A stretch of DNA of 64,000 bases, from contig JBHGNT010000005.1 in NCBI GenBank assembly GCA_043228905.1, positions 9,920,001 through 9,984,000 on the forward strand, written 5' to 3'. Origin of the DNA: Azolla caroliniana (lineage: Eukaryota > Plantae > Polypodiophyta). Within the stretch, counting starts at the first letter, position 1. Each line of letters opens with the position of its first letter. Shown in pieces: positions 33,756-48,600 of the stretch. The position numbers and the translations under genes were made by a program. The notes beneath the pieces were generated by a model that was given only the letters and a program-made list of their open reading frames with translations, did no database searches and was not told where the DNA came from.

Positions 33756-36398
33756 CAAATTGTTTCCACTCGCATGCTTTCACCCAAAGAGAAACCGGCC
33801 GGAAGCTGAAGGCCGTTCCAGCGGACAACAGAGCAGAATACCGGGGGCAGTTCAAGGAGTACTGCCGGCCGAAGGGAATCCAGCTCGAATTCACCGTGCC
33901 GAAGACGCCAGAATTGGACGGGTTGGCCGAATGGATGAAACAGACCGTGATGGAGAGTCTGGAGCATGCTAGCACATGCAAAGTTACCCAAGACGTTTTG
34001 GCTTGAGGTGTTGACGACGACCTATGTGATAAACCGATCACCCTTAGTACACTTGGACGGAGACACACCGCAAAGAGTATGGACCGGTAAGGACGTGTCT
34101 TACTGGCATCTGAAGGTGTTTGGGTGTCTCGCATATGGGCATGTTGCAAAGGATAAGAGAGCAAAGATGGATCCGAAGTTCAGGCCATGTATATTCCTTG
34201 GATACGGCGATGATGAGTTTAGTTACCGGGTGTGGGATCTGGTCAACAAGAAGGTGTTCCGGAGTCGGGACATAGTCTTCATGGAAGACAGGACCATGAT
34301 TTCCGACTAGGAGTTAGAGAAGAGGATGATGAACTCTGGATCATCCAACGAAAACCGGCATGAGGACACAAGGATATACCCGGTTGAAAACCGGACGCTA
34401 GCCGGTACCGGATGACACTTGACAAACAGGCTGGATACTGACAAGAAACCGAACTGAACGAAGAAGAAGAAGGAGACACCAGAATCGGAGAAGATCCCGA
34501 ATCGGATGAGGATGAGGAACAAATGGAGGAACCAGTAGTCAGAGAGAAACCAAGGATGGAGATATCCTCTCCGAGAGAGAAGAACCCCCCGGAGATTTTT
34601 GGATGTAGAGCATGTGTTGCTAACTGATGAGGGGGAGCCAGAAAGCTTCTAAGAAGCAAAGAGAGACAACCACAACCACAAGTGGTTGAGTGCCATGCAG
34701 GATGAGATGGATTCCCTGCATGAGAACCACACATATGAATTGACAAAGTTGCCAAAAGGGAAGAGGGCACTCCGGAACAAGTGGGTGTACAAGCTAAAAC
34801 CGGGAGATGCCGGAAACCCACCGAGATGCAAAGCCCGAATTGTGGTGAAGGGGTTCGAGGAGAAGAAAGGAGTGGATTTCGATGAGATCTTTGCCCCGGT
34901 AGTAAAGATGACATCCATCTGGACGGTATTGGGCATAACGACAAGCATGGACATCGAGGTAGAGGAATTGGATGTCAAGATGACATTCCTACTAGCGACC
35001 TCGAAGAAGAGATCTACATGCATCAACCGGAAGGATTTGAGAAGAAAGGGAAGGTGCACCTGGTGTGTCGGCTGAAAAAGAGCCTATACAGACTGAAGCA
35101 AGCTCCCTGGCAATGGTACCGAAAGTTGAACTCCTCCATGACCGACCAAGGGTACCACAAAATACAGGCCGATCACTGTGTGTTTGTGAAGAAATTTGAC
35201 AGACGAGATTTCCTGATATTTCTCCTATATGATGGATGATATGTTGATCGTTGGACAAGACCAAATCAAGATACGGATGCTAAAGAAGGCTCTGAAACGG
35301 ACCTTCTCAATGAAAGACTTGGGGTCGGCAAGACAGATATTGGGAATGCACATCATCCGGGACCGGTCAAAGAAGCTGTTGTGGTTGTCATAGGAGAAGT
35401 ACGTGACAAAGGTGCTCCAACGGTTCAACATGTCGGAGGCGAAGCAGGTCGGATCGACACTTCCGGCAAACTGCAAGCTATCCGGAAAACAAAAGTCCGA
35501 GGACAAAGGCGGAGAAGAAAGATATTATGAAGATACCGTATGCCTCTATCGTCAGAAGCTTGATGTACACGATGGTATGTACCCGACCGGATATCGGATA
35601 TGTAGTCAGAGTGGTAAGCCGATTCATGAGCAATTTCGGAAGAGAGCATTGGAACGCGGTCAAGTGGTTACTCCGGTATTTGAAAGGCACCTCGAGTATG
35701 TCCCTCCAGTTCGGCTCCAGTAATCCCCAACTTGAAGGATTCACGGATTCGGATATATCAGCTGATGCGGATACCAGCCGGTCTACATCTGGTTATGTCA
35801 TGACTTATGCAGGGGGAGCTGTTTCGTGGCAATCGAGGCTGCAGAAGACAGTTGCACTGTCAACCACGGAGGCGGAGTACGTGGCAACTGTGGAAGCTGA
35901 CAAGGAGATAATCTAGATGAAGAACTACATAGGAGAGCTAGGGATCCAACATGAGGAATACCGGCTGTTTGAGACATGTACTAAAGTAAGCATTAGATAA
36001 GGATAGATCTAGGTAGATAGCAAGAAAGGAGACAAAGAAAGAAGGGTGCCGATCCACCTGACCACCCTCGAGCGAAGGGATCGAAACGGACTCGAGCCTA
36101 GATCAACGTCCCACACTACCGTCGTGGCGTCGAGTCGTACCTGGTGCTGGCGCGCTCGCTACAAGAGTTGACCCACCACAAGATAGAGTCTTGACGTAGT
36201 CAACAAGATAATGAAATGAGGGTAGCTAGGCCTCTATTTATAGTGATACCCAAGGCCCCAGCCATGTTCACACTTGGCCTAATGGGTTGTCTCAATCCCA
36301 AGGATTTAAAAGTAATCCTCCCCTTCTTTACACTCTTGTTTAACCCTCACACTTATCCACGTGTATAGAATACTATGGTAAATTCTCACCATGGGATA

Positions 36399-39300
36399 TT
36401 ATATGGTCATGCCCGTAACATACTCCCCCCTCTTTAAAACATTGCACTCTTGCAATGGAAAGTTAAGGAAGTTAGTTCTTAGAGTATTTTCGCGTTCCCA
36501 TGTGGCATCTTTGATTGATTTATCCATCCATTTTATTTTAAATTCTCGGATTTCTTTAGTACGTAATTTTTTTGTTTTAACATCAAGAATTCTTTCTGGT
36601 ACATGTGGTTTAGAAGATAATTCTTCAGAAGTAACCAGAGTTTCAGTTGTAACTGTATTGTCGCCAGAACCTTGAAGTTCTTTTAGACGACTCACTTGAA
36701 AGACTGGATGAATTCCAACACCATCAGGAAGAGCGAGACGATAGGCTGATGACCCAATGCGTTTGAGGACTGTAAAAGGTCCACAAAATCGTGGGGCTAA
36801 CTTAGTGCACTTACCCGTAGACAATGTCATAGAATTGTGAGGTACACGTAAAAATACCTTCTGTCTAGGGTTGAATACACAAGGTTGCCTTTGATGGTCG
36901 ACATAAAAACGCGCTCTATCTTGAGCTGTTTTTATATTATCTCGTGCAATATGCAACATATCTTGCATATCCCGAAGAAAGTTTTGCGTACTTCGCAACT
37001 CATCATGATGTATATTAACATCAACCGGGGCTCGTGGCTGAAAACCATACATCAACATAAAAGGACTATATCCCGTCGACGTATGCTTGGAGTTGTTATA
37101 TGCAAACTCCAAAATTGGGAGATAACGTTCCCATTTTGTCGGTTTTATACCAACATATGCTCGAAGCATGTCCTCAATAATTTGATTTACTCGTTATGTT
37201 TGTCCATCGGATTGAGGATGATCTGTGGAGCTCATGCTCAACGTAGTTTCTAACTTCTTGAAGACTTGCGTCCAGAAGTCACTAGTAAACTTTGGATCTC
37301 GATCACTCACAATATCCATCGGTAGCCCATAAAAATGAAATAACTCGTCCACGAATTGGTAAGCCAATTTAGGAGTTGTTACCGTGGTTTTAGTAGCAAT
37401 AAATCTGGCCATTTTAGTTAGTCGATCAACCACAACCCAGATGGCATCATGGCCTTTTTGGGTGCGAGGAAGGCTAACAATAAAATCCATGGATATACTT
37501 TCCCACTTATTATTGGGAATGTCCAAGGGATGTAAAAGTCCTGCGGCTTTAAGTGGCTTGGCTTTGTTAACCTGACATTGGTGATATTTAGTCACATAGC
37601 TATGTATGTCAGGGCGCATCTTAGGCCAATAAAATTGAGTGGAGATGAGAACGAGTGTACGATGTATTCCAGGGTGCCCTGCTGAGGGTGCATCATGGCA
37701 TTCAAAAAGAATCCTCTTTTTGACCTCGGGTAAATCTGGAACACAAACCTTCCCATTATGGTAGAGCAGACCGTTAGCAATGTGGAAGTATTCCTTCGAG
37801 GATGTGGTGGTGTCTGTTCTAGACTCAACTCTTGCCCAGTATTTTGCAAAATAACTGTCATCAGGATACTTTCCTCGAAGGTGATCATAAAGATCTGATG
37901 TTATTTCAGTGAAGCTAATCATGTTAACTTCACGGATGCGACTTAGTGCATCAACGACAGTATTCATGGAACCTTTACGATATCGTATGGAAAAATCAAA
38001 GTCTGGGATGAGATCAGCCCAGCGTGCCTTACGACCTTTCAGGTCTTGTTTGTTAGTCACAAAAATATTTCAAGGACTCGTGGTTCGTAGTTACCACAAT
38101 GCGATTTCCATAAAGATAATGGCGCCATGTTTTGAGCGCATGTATAACTGCAAATAATTCCTTTTCTTGAACGGTATACCGACATTGAGCAGAATCAAGT
38201 TTCTTACTCTCGAATGGTATTGGTTTACCATCTTGATATAAGACAACACCTATAGTTAAATCGCTTGAATCGGTTTCAACCTCAAAAGGTTTTGAAGGAT
38301 CGGGTAAAAGCACTGAAGGAGCCTTGCATACCAGGTCCTTGATTTCCTTAAAAGCGAGGTCTAGTGTAGCATTCTACACAATAGGTTTTGTAGACTTATG
38401 TGTTTGAACTTTTAGAAGATCAATAAACGGCATCGTCAATTGGGAGTAATTACGAAGGGATTTTCGCAAAAACCCGACAAAACCAAGGAATGATCGAACT
38501 TCTCGAATATTCCGAAGAGTGGGCCAAAGCTTGATTTTCTCGATGCGAGAAGCATCAATTTCAACTCATTCGGTTATGAGATGTCCAAGATAAGTAATTG
38601 ATTTCTTGAAGAACTCACATTTTGAGATCTTCGCGTAAAACTGTTTGTCACGCAATGTTTGTAAAACCAAGTGGACATGTTTAGCATGTTCTTGTAATGT
38701 ACGGCTATAAACTAAAATATCATCCAAGAAAATAACGACAAATTTTCCATTCATTTCTTGTTGAAATGTAGCCGGAGCATTGGTCAAACCAAAAGGCATA
38801 ACCAAAAACTCATAATGGCCATAGCGCGTACGAAATGTTGTTTTAGGAACATCGTCCTCACTTATACAAATTTGATGGTAGCCAGTACGGAGATCAAGTT
38901 TCGTAAAATACCGAGCTCCCTGGAGACAATCAATTAGATCGTCAGCCCGGGGCAGTGGATACGAATTCTTGATCGTCACTTTATTCAAGCGTTGGTAATT
39001 AATACACATACGCCATGTGCCCTCTTTCTTTTTAACCAAGAGAACTGGTGCACCCCATGGAGATTTACAATAACGTATATAACCCATTCGTAAATAGTCC
39101 TTGACTTGCTTAGATACCTCATCCTCTTCAGATCGACTTAAGCGATAAGGAGGTATACCTTTTGGTGCAACACCAGGTACAATATCTATATGATGGTCTA
39201 TATTACGTTTAGGAGGTAAGCCATCTGGTAGTTCACTCGGAAAAACATCACAAAAATCATTTAAGATTTCATCAAGTTGTTGTTGTTCAAAATATGTTAA

Positions 39301-40896
39301 TTGAACCGAGATATTATCGATATTGTAAACGTGAATGTCCGGATCAAGTACACAATAAAATAGAGTAGAACAAGACAACTCAGATATTGATGGACACGAG
39401 GAAACAATCGAGAGGGATTATTTTTTTACACATTGAATAAAATGAGTACAATCGTTCAGTACAAATGTAATTGAATGATGAACCCAATCAATAGATAAAG
39501 AAGATTTTTTATTATAAAACCAGGGATAACCCAGTATTACATCAGTGGTACAAAGATTCATTACATGGAAGTCTACTTCCTCTATATAAGTATCAATAGA
39601 AATTCCTAATGAATGAATCACCCCGTTGATGTATTGTACTCTTCCATCAGCCAAGTGCACCGTGTAGGTGGGTTGGATTCCCCATATCTGAACCAAGTGA
39701 TCATTCACAAAATTGTGTGAGCTTCCTAAATCAAATAAAAATTGTACGGGAGATCCATTGATATACCCGTTTGCACGTAATAAATCATTGGGACCCAATA
39801 CATAGTGAGGGAAAGAACATTGACAATTACTTAAATGATGTGTATAGACCTGAAGGACATTAGGAATCTGACATTTATGGTCTGCAGTTTTAGCTTTGTT
39901 GTCGTGCTCTTTCCGTTGGAGCTTTCGACATTGCTCTTTTGTATGACCCTTCTTTTTGCAGAATACGCAAAAAGGATGTTGTCGCTTACAATCGCGATCC
40001 ATGAATTCGTTGGGTGTCTTGCGTTTCCCAGCGAATTGCGACTGCTTAGTCCCGGGCGCTTCGTTGGGTTTGTTGTGGTCCTTCTTCGAAGTGCGTTGAT
40101 AGCGAAGAACTATTTCAACGGCCTCTTCGAAGGATTTTGGATCCTTATCGTGCAGTATCCAATGATAGTCCGAATTGGGGATGCCATTGACAAAACAAGT
40201 TATTAACCAGTTGTCCCCTTCTAGACCCGATTTTTGGATTTGGGTTCTAGCATGGTGGACATAGTCTTCTAGTGAGGAAAATTTCCGACTAGAGAGGTTC
40301 ATTAAAGCTTGTGCTGCCTCGGTTCGAGAGGGAGGTTGCAGATATTCTCCCTTGAAAACTGTGACAAAATCTATCCAAGTATTGGGCAATTTCCCAAACG
40401 TACGGAGCCCACGCCACCAGGCGACAGCCTTACCCCCTAGTTCTCGGTCGACATATGCAATCTTCGTACTATCTGGCGTGGGATAGAACTCAAAATGAGA
40501 CTCCCATCGGCCCAGCCACGTGCAGACTGCTTCTTCGGTTCTTTCCTTTTTGTCTCCCGTAAATGGCTTAACGACAAACGATGGTTCACCCTATCGCTCA
40601 TCAGGTCTATTAGTCTCACATTGTAGACTAATGACACGTGCCTCAAGAGCACTTTGAGATTGCCGAAGTTCGGTCATCTGTTGAGCGGTGAAACTAAGGC
40701 ATTGGGTTATTTGCGAAAAATACATCTCAATGGACATTTGTCCAGGAGGATTCCCTTGAGTTCCTTCCGCTTGAGCGGATGACATCGGGTCATTATTTTG
40801 AGCCATTAAATGATTATTTCTGGAAAAGAAATTGGATAAGGTCAGAGAGATAGTCATAACATCATGTCGTGATGTAAACATATCATGGGCGAGCAT
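36399..40896 (-). pseudogene. Chromovirus gag-PR-RT-RH-INT-chromodomain
   Basis: [44 protein letters not shown] and PERILD...IKW...ATWE. Confidence 0.94.
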
Positions 40897-42611
40897 TAAT
40901 CGATATCATTATCTCACATCAATACCCCTCTAGACGTATGAGATAAGGTTCAAGATCAGGTTACTATGGTAACACAAACGTGTTTTAAAAACCATGGGGG
41001 TGACAAATAAATGTCTTTCCCTGATCTCTATATCGATTTTTTCATGGTGGCTCCCCGAGGCTCAACCATGTATGTTCGCATCATGAATAGTTTATAAACG
41101 AAAAAAATGTTAACAATAAACTATGTTTCTGTGCCCACATATGTGGTCTCGGCTCTTTAAGTCCTATTACGAGGACCCCGAAGTGCACTTAGACCTCAAG
41201 TCTAAACATGTGTTATAGTCATATGTATCAACGATGTTGTATGGTCTTGGTTATATTTGAACTCGAGACCTCAAGAACAAATGCATTAAACACTTGAGCC
41301 AAACAAGTATGTTGCTCTTCTTGAATATTTAATGTTTCATGCGTATAAGAGATATGCGAGGCATTTGCGCATATATGTTTTTTTAAAAGAAACATATATG
41401 TCAAGAGTCCTTATTTCGCCCTCATTTACTACAACTATGTTGGTACGTTACCTAACCTCAAGTCTCGTAATTACGATGGCATACACCAAAGTGCAACCTA
41501 ATGGTCAAGCCAAATGAGCCCTCTTTTCGTAGTAGGCCCACGTGGCTCATCACATGGTCACCTCATTACGAATGCCTCTCGTAAGAATGATCTCATGGTG
41601 GCATCGTATCCATGTAATGAGGGAGGGATGTTGGATACGTGTGTCATAAGAGTGACCTCACATGAAGTGGGTCAAACCCTACGTACTCAACATCGTTATG
41701 GCTATTAACGTTTCTTTACGTAACGAAATATCAAAGCCACCAACGGGGATTTCAACAATAAAAAATTGTTGAGAAAAGGAATGGTGACAACACGATTCTC
41801 ACAAAAATGTGAGGACAGCCACCAAGAACCTTTCCCCGGCAAGGAATACATTGGATTTAAAATCACGTAATAACTTATATACACATATGTATATTATCAC
41901 ATATATACGATCAACTACGTATACACGTGACCACATATGCCTATATTAAAGAAATCGTTATATTAAATAGCCAAAAATGACTTAATCGAGGCATATACCT
42001 CTACGCACACAAGATATCCAAAAATAAGGGTTCAACGTAATACGCAATTGAGGTATTGACCTCTTACGCATATGAGACCAAACGCATATCATTTACAACA
42101 AAATCGAGGTGTTGACCTCATACGCAAACGTAACATATGTTCGTGAACGTAATACGTAATTGAGGTATTAACGTCGTACGCATACAACACTCATCACATC
42201 TTTATATGTCAAACGAGGTATTGACCTTGTGCACATATGTAAATGTTTTAAATAACCAATTAAATACCACTACAACATCATTTAATTAATGAAAATAATC
42301 TACATATTAACCATACACATGATTAGATGGGAGAAGAAAAAATAGACGAAAAATAACAAGAAAGATTACCGAAGTTCCTTGTTGATCCTTGTCTGCATGA
42401 AGGCCAACCGCACAACGATCGATCGCCATCCATCGAGAAGACAAGACCAACAAAAGAAACATTAGTACATAGGCTCGGATACCAAATATTAGAGACATGT
42501 ACTAAAGTAACCATTAGATAAGGATAGATCTAGGTAGATAGAAAGAAAGGAGAGAGAGAAAGAAGGGTGCCCGATCCACCCGACCACCCCCGAGCGAAGG
42601 GATTGAGACGG

Positions 42612-45600
42612 TGTCGAGGTATTCCTCGCGGATGCGTGGAATGAGGCGGGACCTCGGGGGTCTTGTACCGAAGAGCAAGAGAGAAAGGAGAAGGGAAGGG
42701 ACCCACTACGTGCGAGCGTAGATCCACAGGGACAGTGCCCTTCGACACGAAGACGCGAGCGGGGAAACCAACACAGAGAGGCACGAAGGTATGTATGTAT
42801 ATATTAACAGAGACAAACAACAACAAGCACGAAGTCGGTTACAACCGAACAGGCCGGCGAACAGATGCCGATGCCTGTTCGCAAACGCTCAAAAAGAAAA
42901 GGGGTAGGTTGGAGGTGCTGCCGGAAGCACTCGGGCATTCCTCAGAGCAGCGCGAGCCTCCTGAAAACCTGCACAGAAAGAAGCTACGGAGTATTGGAAG
43001 AGAGAGAAGCCTTCCCCCAACAACCCAACATCACTTCGTCCTCTCTTACTCCGCTATCCCGTCCTCCTCCTCGTCTCCCCCCTTTTATAGGCAAGAAAGG
43101 AGCCGTTTCCCATTAACTTCCTTTCTTCCGAATCTACCTACCCAGGAACTTCTATGTACCTAATTCTCTCTTATGTACAACATAAGGCTCACGTGCATGA
43201 AGAGCCGGTTCCTATGCTCTGGTGCACCGTTTCCGCTTGTGGACGGTTTTCTTCACGACATCCGCCCCCACCTAACCGCGCATCCACCGGCATGCGCCAA
43301 ATTAAGTTGGGACGGAGAAAACCCGTCCAGCCTTCATTCCCTGCCCGTCGGTTCTTCCTCGGTTTCGGATCGTTCGTCGTCGCGGTCCAGGTTAACCGGA
43401 TCCGGCTCGTCGTCGTGACACTTCTTGAATGCTTTGATCCACTTCCCAGCTACCGGTATCGCCATTCTCGTGCCGTCGAGTTCCGCCAGATGGTACGTCC
43501 TGTTGTCGTTGGCGCTTTGGACCACATAAGGCCCGAACCACCTTCTTGCGAACTTCCGTGTCGCTCGGTGCTGGTTGTCGAGGCTGCTGTCGTAAACTAG
43601 CACCCAGTCGCCTTCCTCGATCTTCTCCGGTCGGAGCCGGTGCGTTCGGTCGAACCGAGCTTTGTTCCTCATCCTTGCATCCCGAAGCTTTCCCGCAGCT
43701 TGCTCCACGTCCTCCGGCCTTCGCTCGAGCTGACGTATGCACGCCGCCAATAGTTCCTCCCGGCTCATCTCGTCTCTCCAGTCCACGGTTGCCCATGAGG
43801 AGATCGTACATTCCATTGGCATGATCGGCTTCTGCCCAAACATGAGCTCTGCCGGCATGAATCCGGTTACCGAACTGTGCGTAGTTCGGTCCGCCCACAA
43901 CGCGTAAGGCAGCAGCCGCAGCCAGTTCCCGACTTGACCTCCGCATGCCCGAACTAACGCCTTGACGATCGGTCCGTGTCCGCGCTCCACCTTCCCATTC
44001 GCCTCCGGATTGTACGCAGTGGTAAGCGAGAGCTTGACTCCTGGCCGGTCGAACAGCTCCTCGGCCTCTTCGGCGTCCAACTCCCCGCGATTAGCCACGA
44101 TCATCCCGACGCACCCGTACTGGCATATCACGTCCTCAATCAGGAACCGACATACGACCGCGGTCGTTTTGTTCTGAAGGGCTCGGCCTTCTACCTGGTT
44201 CGTCAGATCTTCCCGAGCCAGGACCAGATACCGCATCTGTCCTACTCCCATCGGCATTGTCACCAGGTCTACCATTTATTTGAAGTGGATGGTCGGAGGG
44301 TACGTAGGGTGAAGCTCGTCCCGATGTCGGACTACGGAGTGCATCTGACAGCTCTCGCAAGTGGTCACGAACCGATGCACGTCCCGGTACAGTCCCGGCC
44401 ACCAGTACTTCCCCTTTATCTTCTCGAACGTGGCCCACGTTCCTCAGTGTCCAGCCCAAGGGCTGTCGTGGTAGGCCGTCAGCAGCTCCTCCTGTTCTTC
44501 CTTCATGGCCACCACCCGGAGCGGGACGCCGTTCCTCTTCTTCGGGTGCTTCCATAAGTATCCGTCCCGGAGAAAGAATCGGTATGCTTTCTTCCGGATC
44601 CGGTTGGCCTCGTCTCTCGTCCATGACGCATCCGGCGTCACTGTCCTCAAGAAACCACCGATCTGTAGCCACTCGCCGTCGTACTTGCTCTCGTCGAAGT
44701 CGTTAAGTGTCGGAGTGCTCGTCCCATCGGTCGTCACGTACGCTGCTCCGAAGAAGTCCACGCCGACTTCTTCGTCCTCCGAAACCATGTCGCCCTTGTC
44801 ATCAACCCTCGCCCTCGAAAGCATGTCGGCCATGGCGTTGTCTTTTCCGGAAATGTGTCGTATTTCCGGGTCCAGGGACTTGATGTACGCTATCCACCTG
44901 AGCATCGCCAGGTCCGGTGTCGCGCATCCGGAAACCATGCCGAGAATTGGCAGGCAATCCGTCTCGATAATCACTTCTGTCCCGATCAGGTAGTCTTTGT
45001 CGGCCTTTACTGCCGAAACGATACCCCAGAGTTCGCGTTTAACCTGGGCGTACCCTCGTTGTCGCTCACTGAGGACCTTTGCGCCGAATCGGATCGGGAA
45101 CCGAATGCCGTCCTCGTTTTCTTGGTTGACGACCCATCCGATCCCGGTCGGACTCGTATCCACCGTTATGTATACCGGGGTACCCTTCTCGTAGACAGCC
45201 TTCCGGAGCGCCAGTGCTGCCGCAAGAGCTTCCTTCAGCTTTCGGACCGACTCCGTGTGCTCGTCCCGCCACTCGAATTTTCGCCCCTTCTTCAGCAACC
45301 CGTATAGCGGTTCCGCAACGTGGGCGTAATGCGGGATCCATATGTGGTAGAATGCGCATGCCCCCAAGAACCTCTGAACTTCCGTAACCGAGCTACAGTC
45401 GGTCTTCATCGCGGAGATGGCTTCTACCTTTGCCGGAGACGGCTTCCGGCCATATGGTCCACATAGGTGTCCGACCACCAAGATTTCTTATTGCCCGAAG
45501 GCCGATTTCTCCCCAGAGAAGGTGAGCCTCGCACCCTCTAGCCTTTGTAGCACCCTCTCGCAGTCGTCGATGTGTGTTGCCACGAATCGCCGGCATCCGT

Positions 45601-48600
45601 CCGGCCCGAGTGTCTCGTCCTTCTCTTCCACTGGGCACCCCTTTATCGGGATGTCGTCTAGAAATGGCATGGTGACGTCCGGGATGCAATCCCTCAGTAC
45701 CTTGTTCATTGCATTCACCATGTGGGCCACCGAGTTGGTCCCTCCTTGTGGCAGGGTACACATTCGCACTAGGCCGAGGGGAGTTCGCATCGTCATAATG
45801 TCTCTGCTCTCCACGGCTAGCTGGAACTGGTCGTACCCCGAGTACAGATCACCGACCGAATAAATCGACCTTCCGGTGAAGGCCTCCGCGAACTCGTCTA
45901 TGGTCGGTCCGATTCCTGCGTTCCGAATGGTCACTCTGTTGACCGGCTGCAATTCTTGAATGAAGCGCAATGTTCCGTTTTTCTTTAGTACGGTAAACCA
46001 TCGGTTCGAGTATGGGGCACTTGACGGTTCGAGAATGCCCATATCGACTTTCTGCCTCAATAGCTCCATCAACTTCGGGATGTGAGCTCTCGGTACTGGA
46101 ATCGGCTTGAGATTCCACGGCACATGCGGTACCATGAATATCACCATCGGCTCCACGATTGTCGGGTCTACGCACCCGATCTCTCCCGGTGAGAATGTGA
46201 AGGCTTTCCCGTGCCTTTCGAGCATTCTCCGAAACCGGTCTTCTTCCGCCGGCAGTAGGAACCCGCCCCCACCGATTTTGAGCTCCCGGAGCATCCCGTC
46301 GGTGAAGGTGTGTCCTATGCAGACCGGATCTCGTAAACTGGGGTCCGACGCAACCCCTCTGATTCGGGATTCGCTGCCCTCCGGTAAGGGTGCCACGACT
46401 GGCCTTACCTTCCAGTCCACAGTCTTGTACTTCGTGCTAACTCGGGCCGTCTGATCCGACCCCAGCCCCTGATTGAAGTTCGCGATGACTTCGTACATCT
46501 CTTCGGAACATACCGGTATCGTCCGGTCTTCGTTAAGGTCTTCTCCGGCTACCTTCCTCAGCATTCCCAAGGTGTCGTCGAAGGAGACCACCTCCACGGC
46601 TCCGCTGATTTCCTCGTCCGGGCCGAGAACTCCGCACGCTCGAAGTCGCACTTCCGCCCTTGCCTTTTCTTGGCCAACGATGCCGACTGTCATACACCCT
46701 CCGTTGTTGGAGAAGCAAAAAAATTTACCTATCGTACAGCTGTGGGGTCTTTCCCGAGTGTCCGGACTGTCTCGGCCCCACGCCTTGGCAGCCCTCTCTA
46801 AAAATCCTCCCGGTTCTCGCCACCGAGGATTCGCGGTTTCGCTCGTGGTTCGGTCGCACCATCAGAAATTGGACCGAATGGCGCCCGTCCTGGCTTTTGA
46901 CCCTCGCGTAGGCCGAACTGTTGTCCAGCACCTTGGTCTCCATCCACTCCGCCGTGATGTATGGCTCCCCTAATATGATCGGGTGCGAGGACGTCTCCTG
47001 TACGAAGAAGTGCTGGTCAATCTCGACGTCGCCGATCTTGACTCGCACGTTCGGGCAGGCCCCATGCAGTTCCTCGGTGGCGCGCGTCGCCGCCCGTATC
47101 TTCCACCCGTGCTTGGTGTTGATCGGCCACTTTCCCTTCTTATAGAAGTCCATGGACATCAGGTTTATTTCCGAACCGTGGTCCACCAGTGCCACCACCG
47201 GTTCCTGAACATCTCTGATCTTTACCGGGGTCTCCGTGGTCGCTCGGGCCCAGTACGGCCTTGAATAGTGGCTCTCCGCCCACTCATCTTCCAATGCCAT
47301 GTCGTGGATGTGCGTCGTCTGCACCTCCACCGGTCTTTCCGGTTCCGTCTCCGTCGACAGCCTCTTCCGTTTCACCAGGTCCACAATGGAGTCGTGGAAC
47401 TCCTTCTTGGCGATCCCTAGCACCTCCCGCAATGACAGCTCCACTTTGCTGTCGGGGATCCGTTCTTCTAGGAGCTTTCGTAGGTCCGTGGTCCTTTCTA
47501 TTTCCGTCCCCAATCGGTATCCGCCCTTCCTGGGGTTATCTTGCGCGCTGGACCCACCGACTTCGTTCCGTCGTTGCCCGAATCGGGTCTCGTATCGCTG
47601 TGAGGGCCCGGCCGCTCCGGCTTTCCCCACTCGTTTGTCTTCTACTAGAGGCTCGTAGTTCCGGCAGGCGGCTTCTACGAAGCCCGTCTTCTCCTCGACC
47701 GGGTCGCTCCACCCGGTTATTTCCCGGACCCGTCTCTCAGCGCGGTTCGCTTCATCTTTCCTCAGTCGTGCGCCGGTGAGGCCTTCCAGCATTGCCGACC
47801 AGAATCCGTCTTTGCTCTCCTTTCGGGCCTCGCTGCCCCCGACCCGAGTAGTGGATGGCCTCCACGTGTCGGGCCGCTGCCTCTTCCATCAGCCTCTTCA
47901 TACCTCCTCGCCCATCGTTTCGGTTTAGGGCCCTTCTGGTATTGCCAGCATGCACCCGGCCTTACCACAGGTACACCACCTGGTTCCTCAACGCCTCTGC
48001 GAAATCGCCGCAATCCTTCCGAATGTGGCCGACCTCGTCGCACCACATGCACCTGTTCCCTGCTGTCGGCCGTCGGTCACGAGCCGGTTCGCCGCCTTCC
48101 CTTCGAGTCTGGGCGATCTGGAGATCCTTTATCGCCCGTGTCAACTCCTCCAGTGCTACTCCTCCGGACGAGTCATTGACCATGCCGGTCGAAGCTGAAC
48201 CGGTTTCGAGCCACTCCCGGGTCTTTGCCCTTTGCCCTTGCGGTGCCGGTTCAAGCCTCCTTGCTGTGACAGAGCCCGCACCGGCCGCCCCGTTGTCAGC
48301 CCATTCTCGCCGTTTGTCGAAACGGCCATAGACTCTCTTAACCGCAGCCGAGTCGGTCGTCAGTCCGTCTTCGGTTTCCAGCAAGGAGCCGACTTGATCC
48401 CGGTCCTGCTCGTCCACTGACTTGACGAACAGTAGGACCCGGCTCGTATCCAGAACGGTTCGGTCAAGCGCCGAAAGGCGCGCAAAGCGTTCCTCAAACT
48501 CCCAGAGGAGTGCCGACGCGTTTCTTCCCTTGCCGGGGGACTCCACCCATCCCATGAAGTCCCGTTTCGAAAGCCGGAGCGCGTCGTCCAGCCCGTATTT

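Larger units (their letters stand above)
30020..33785 (-). mobile_element. Sola2-like DNA transposon B, decayed, one TIR visible
   Basis: VVDFTENY, ISDDKKHD, WVWSDG, RYTCCCIYH and CVMGLCQDCG; TIR reverse complement GGGTGAAAGCATGCGAGTGGAAACAATT ends at 33785 within a copia integrase. Confidence 0.87.

Noticed and set aside
42663-43163. 166-aa ORF duplicated at 49001-49501
   Set aside because: It lies antisense within near-identical LTRs, so conservation is explained by LTR identity; no recognisable domain.
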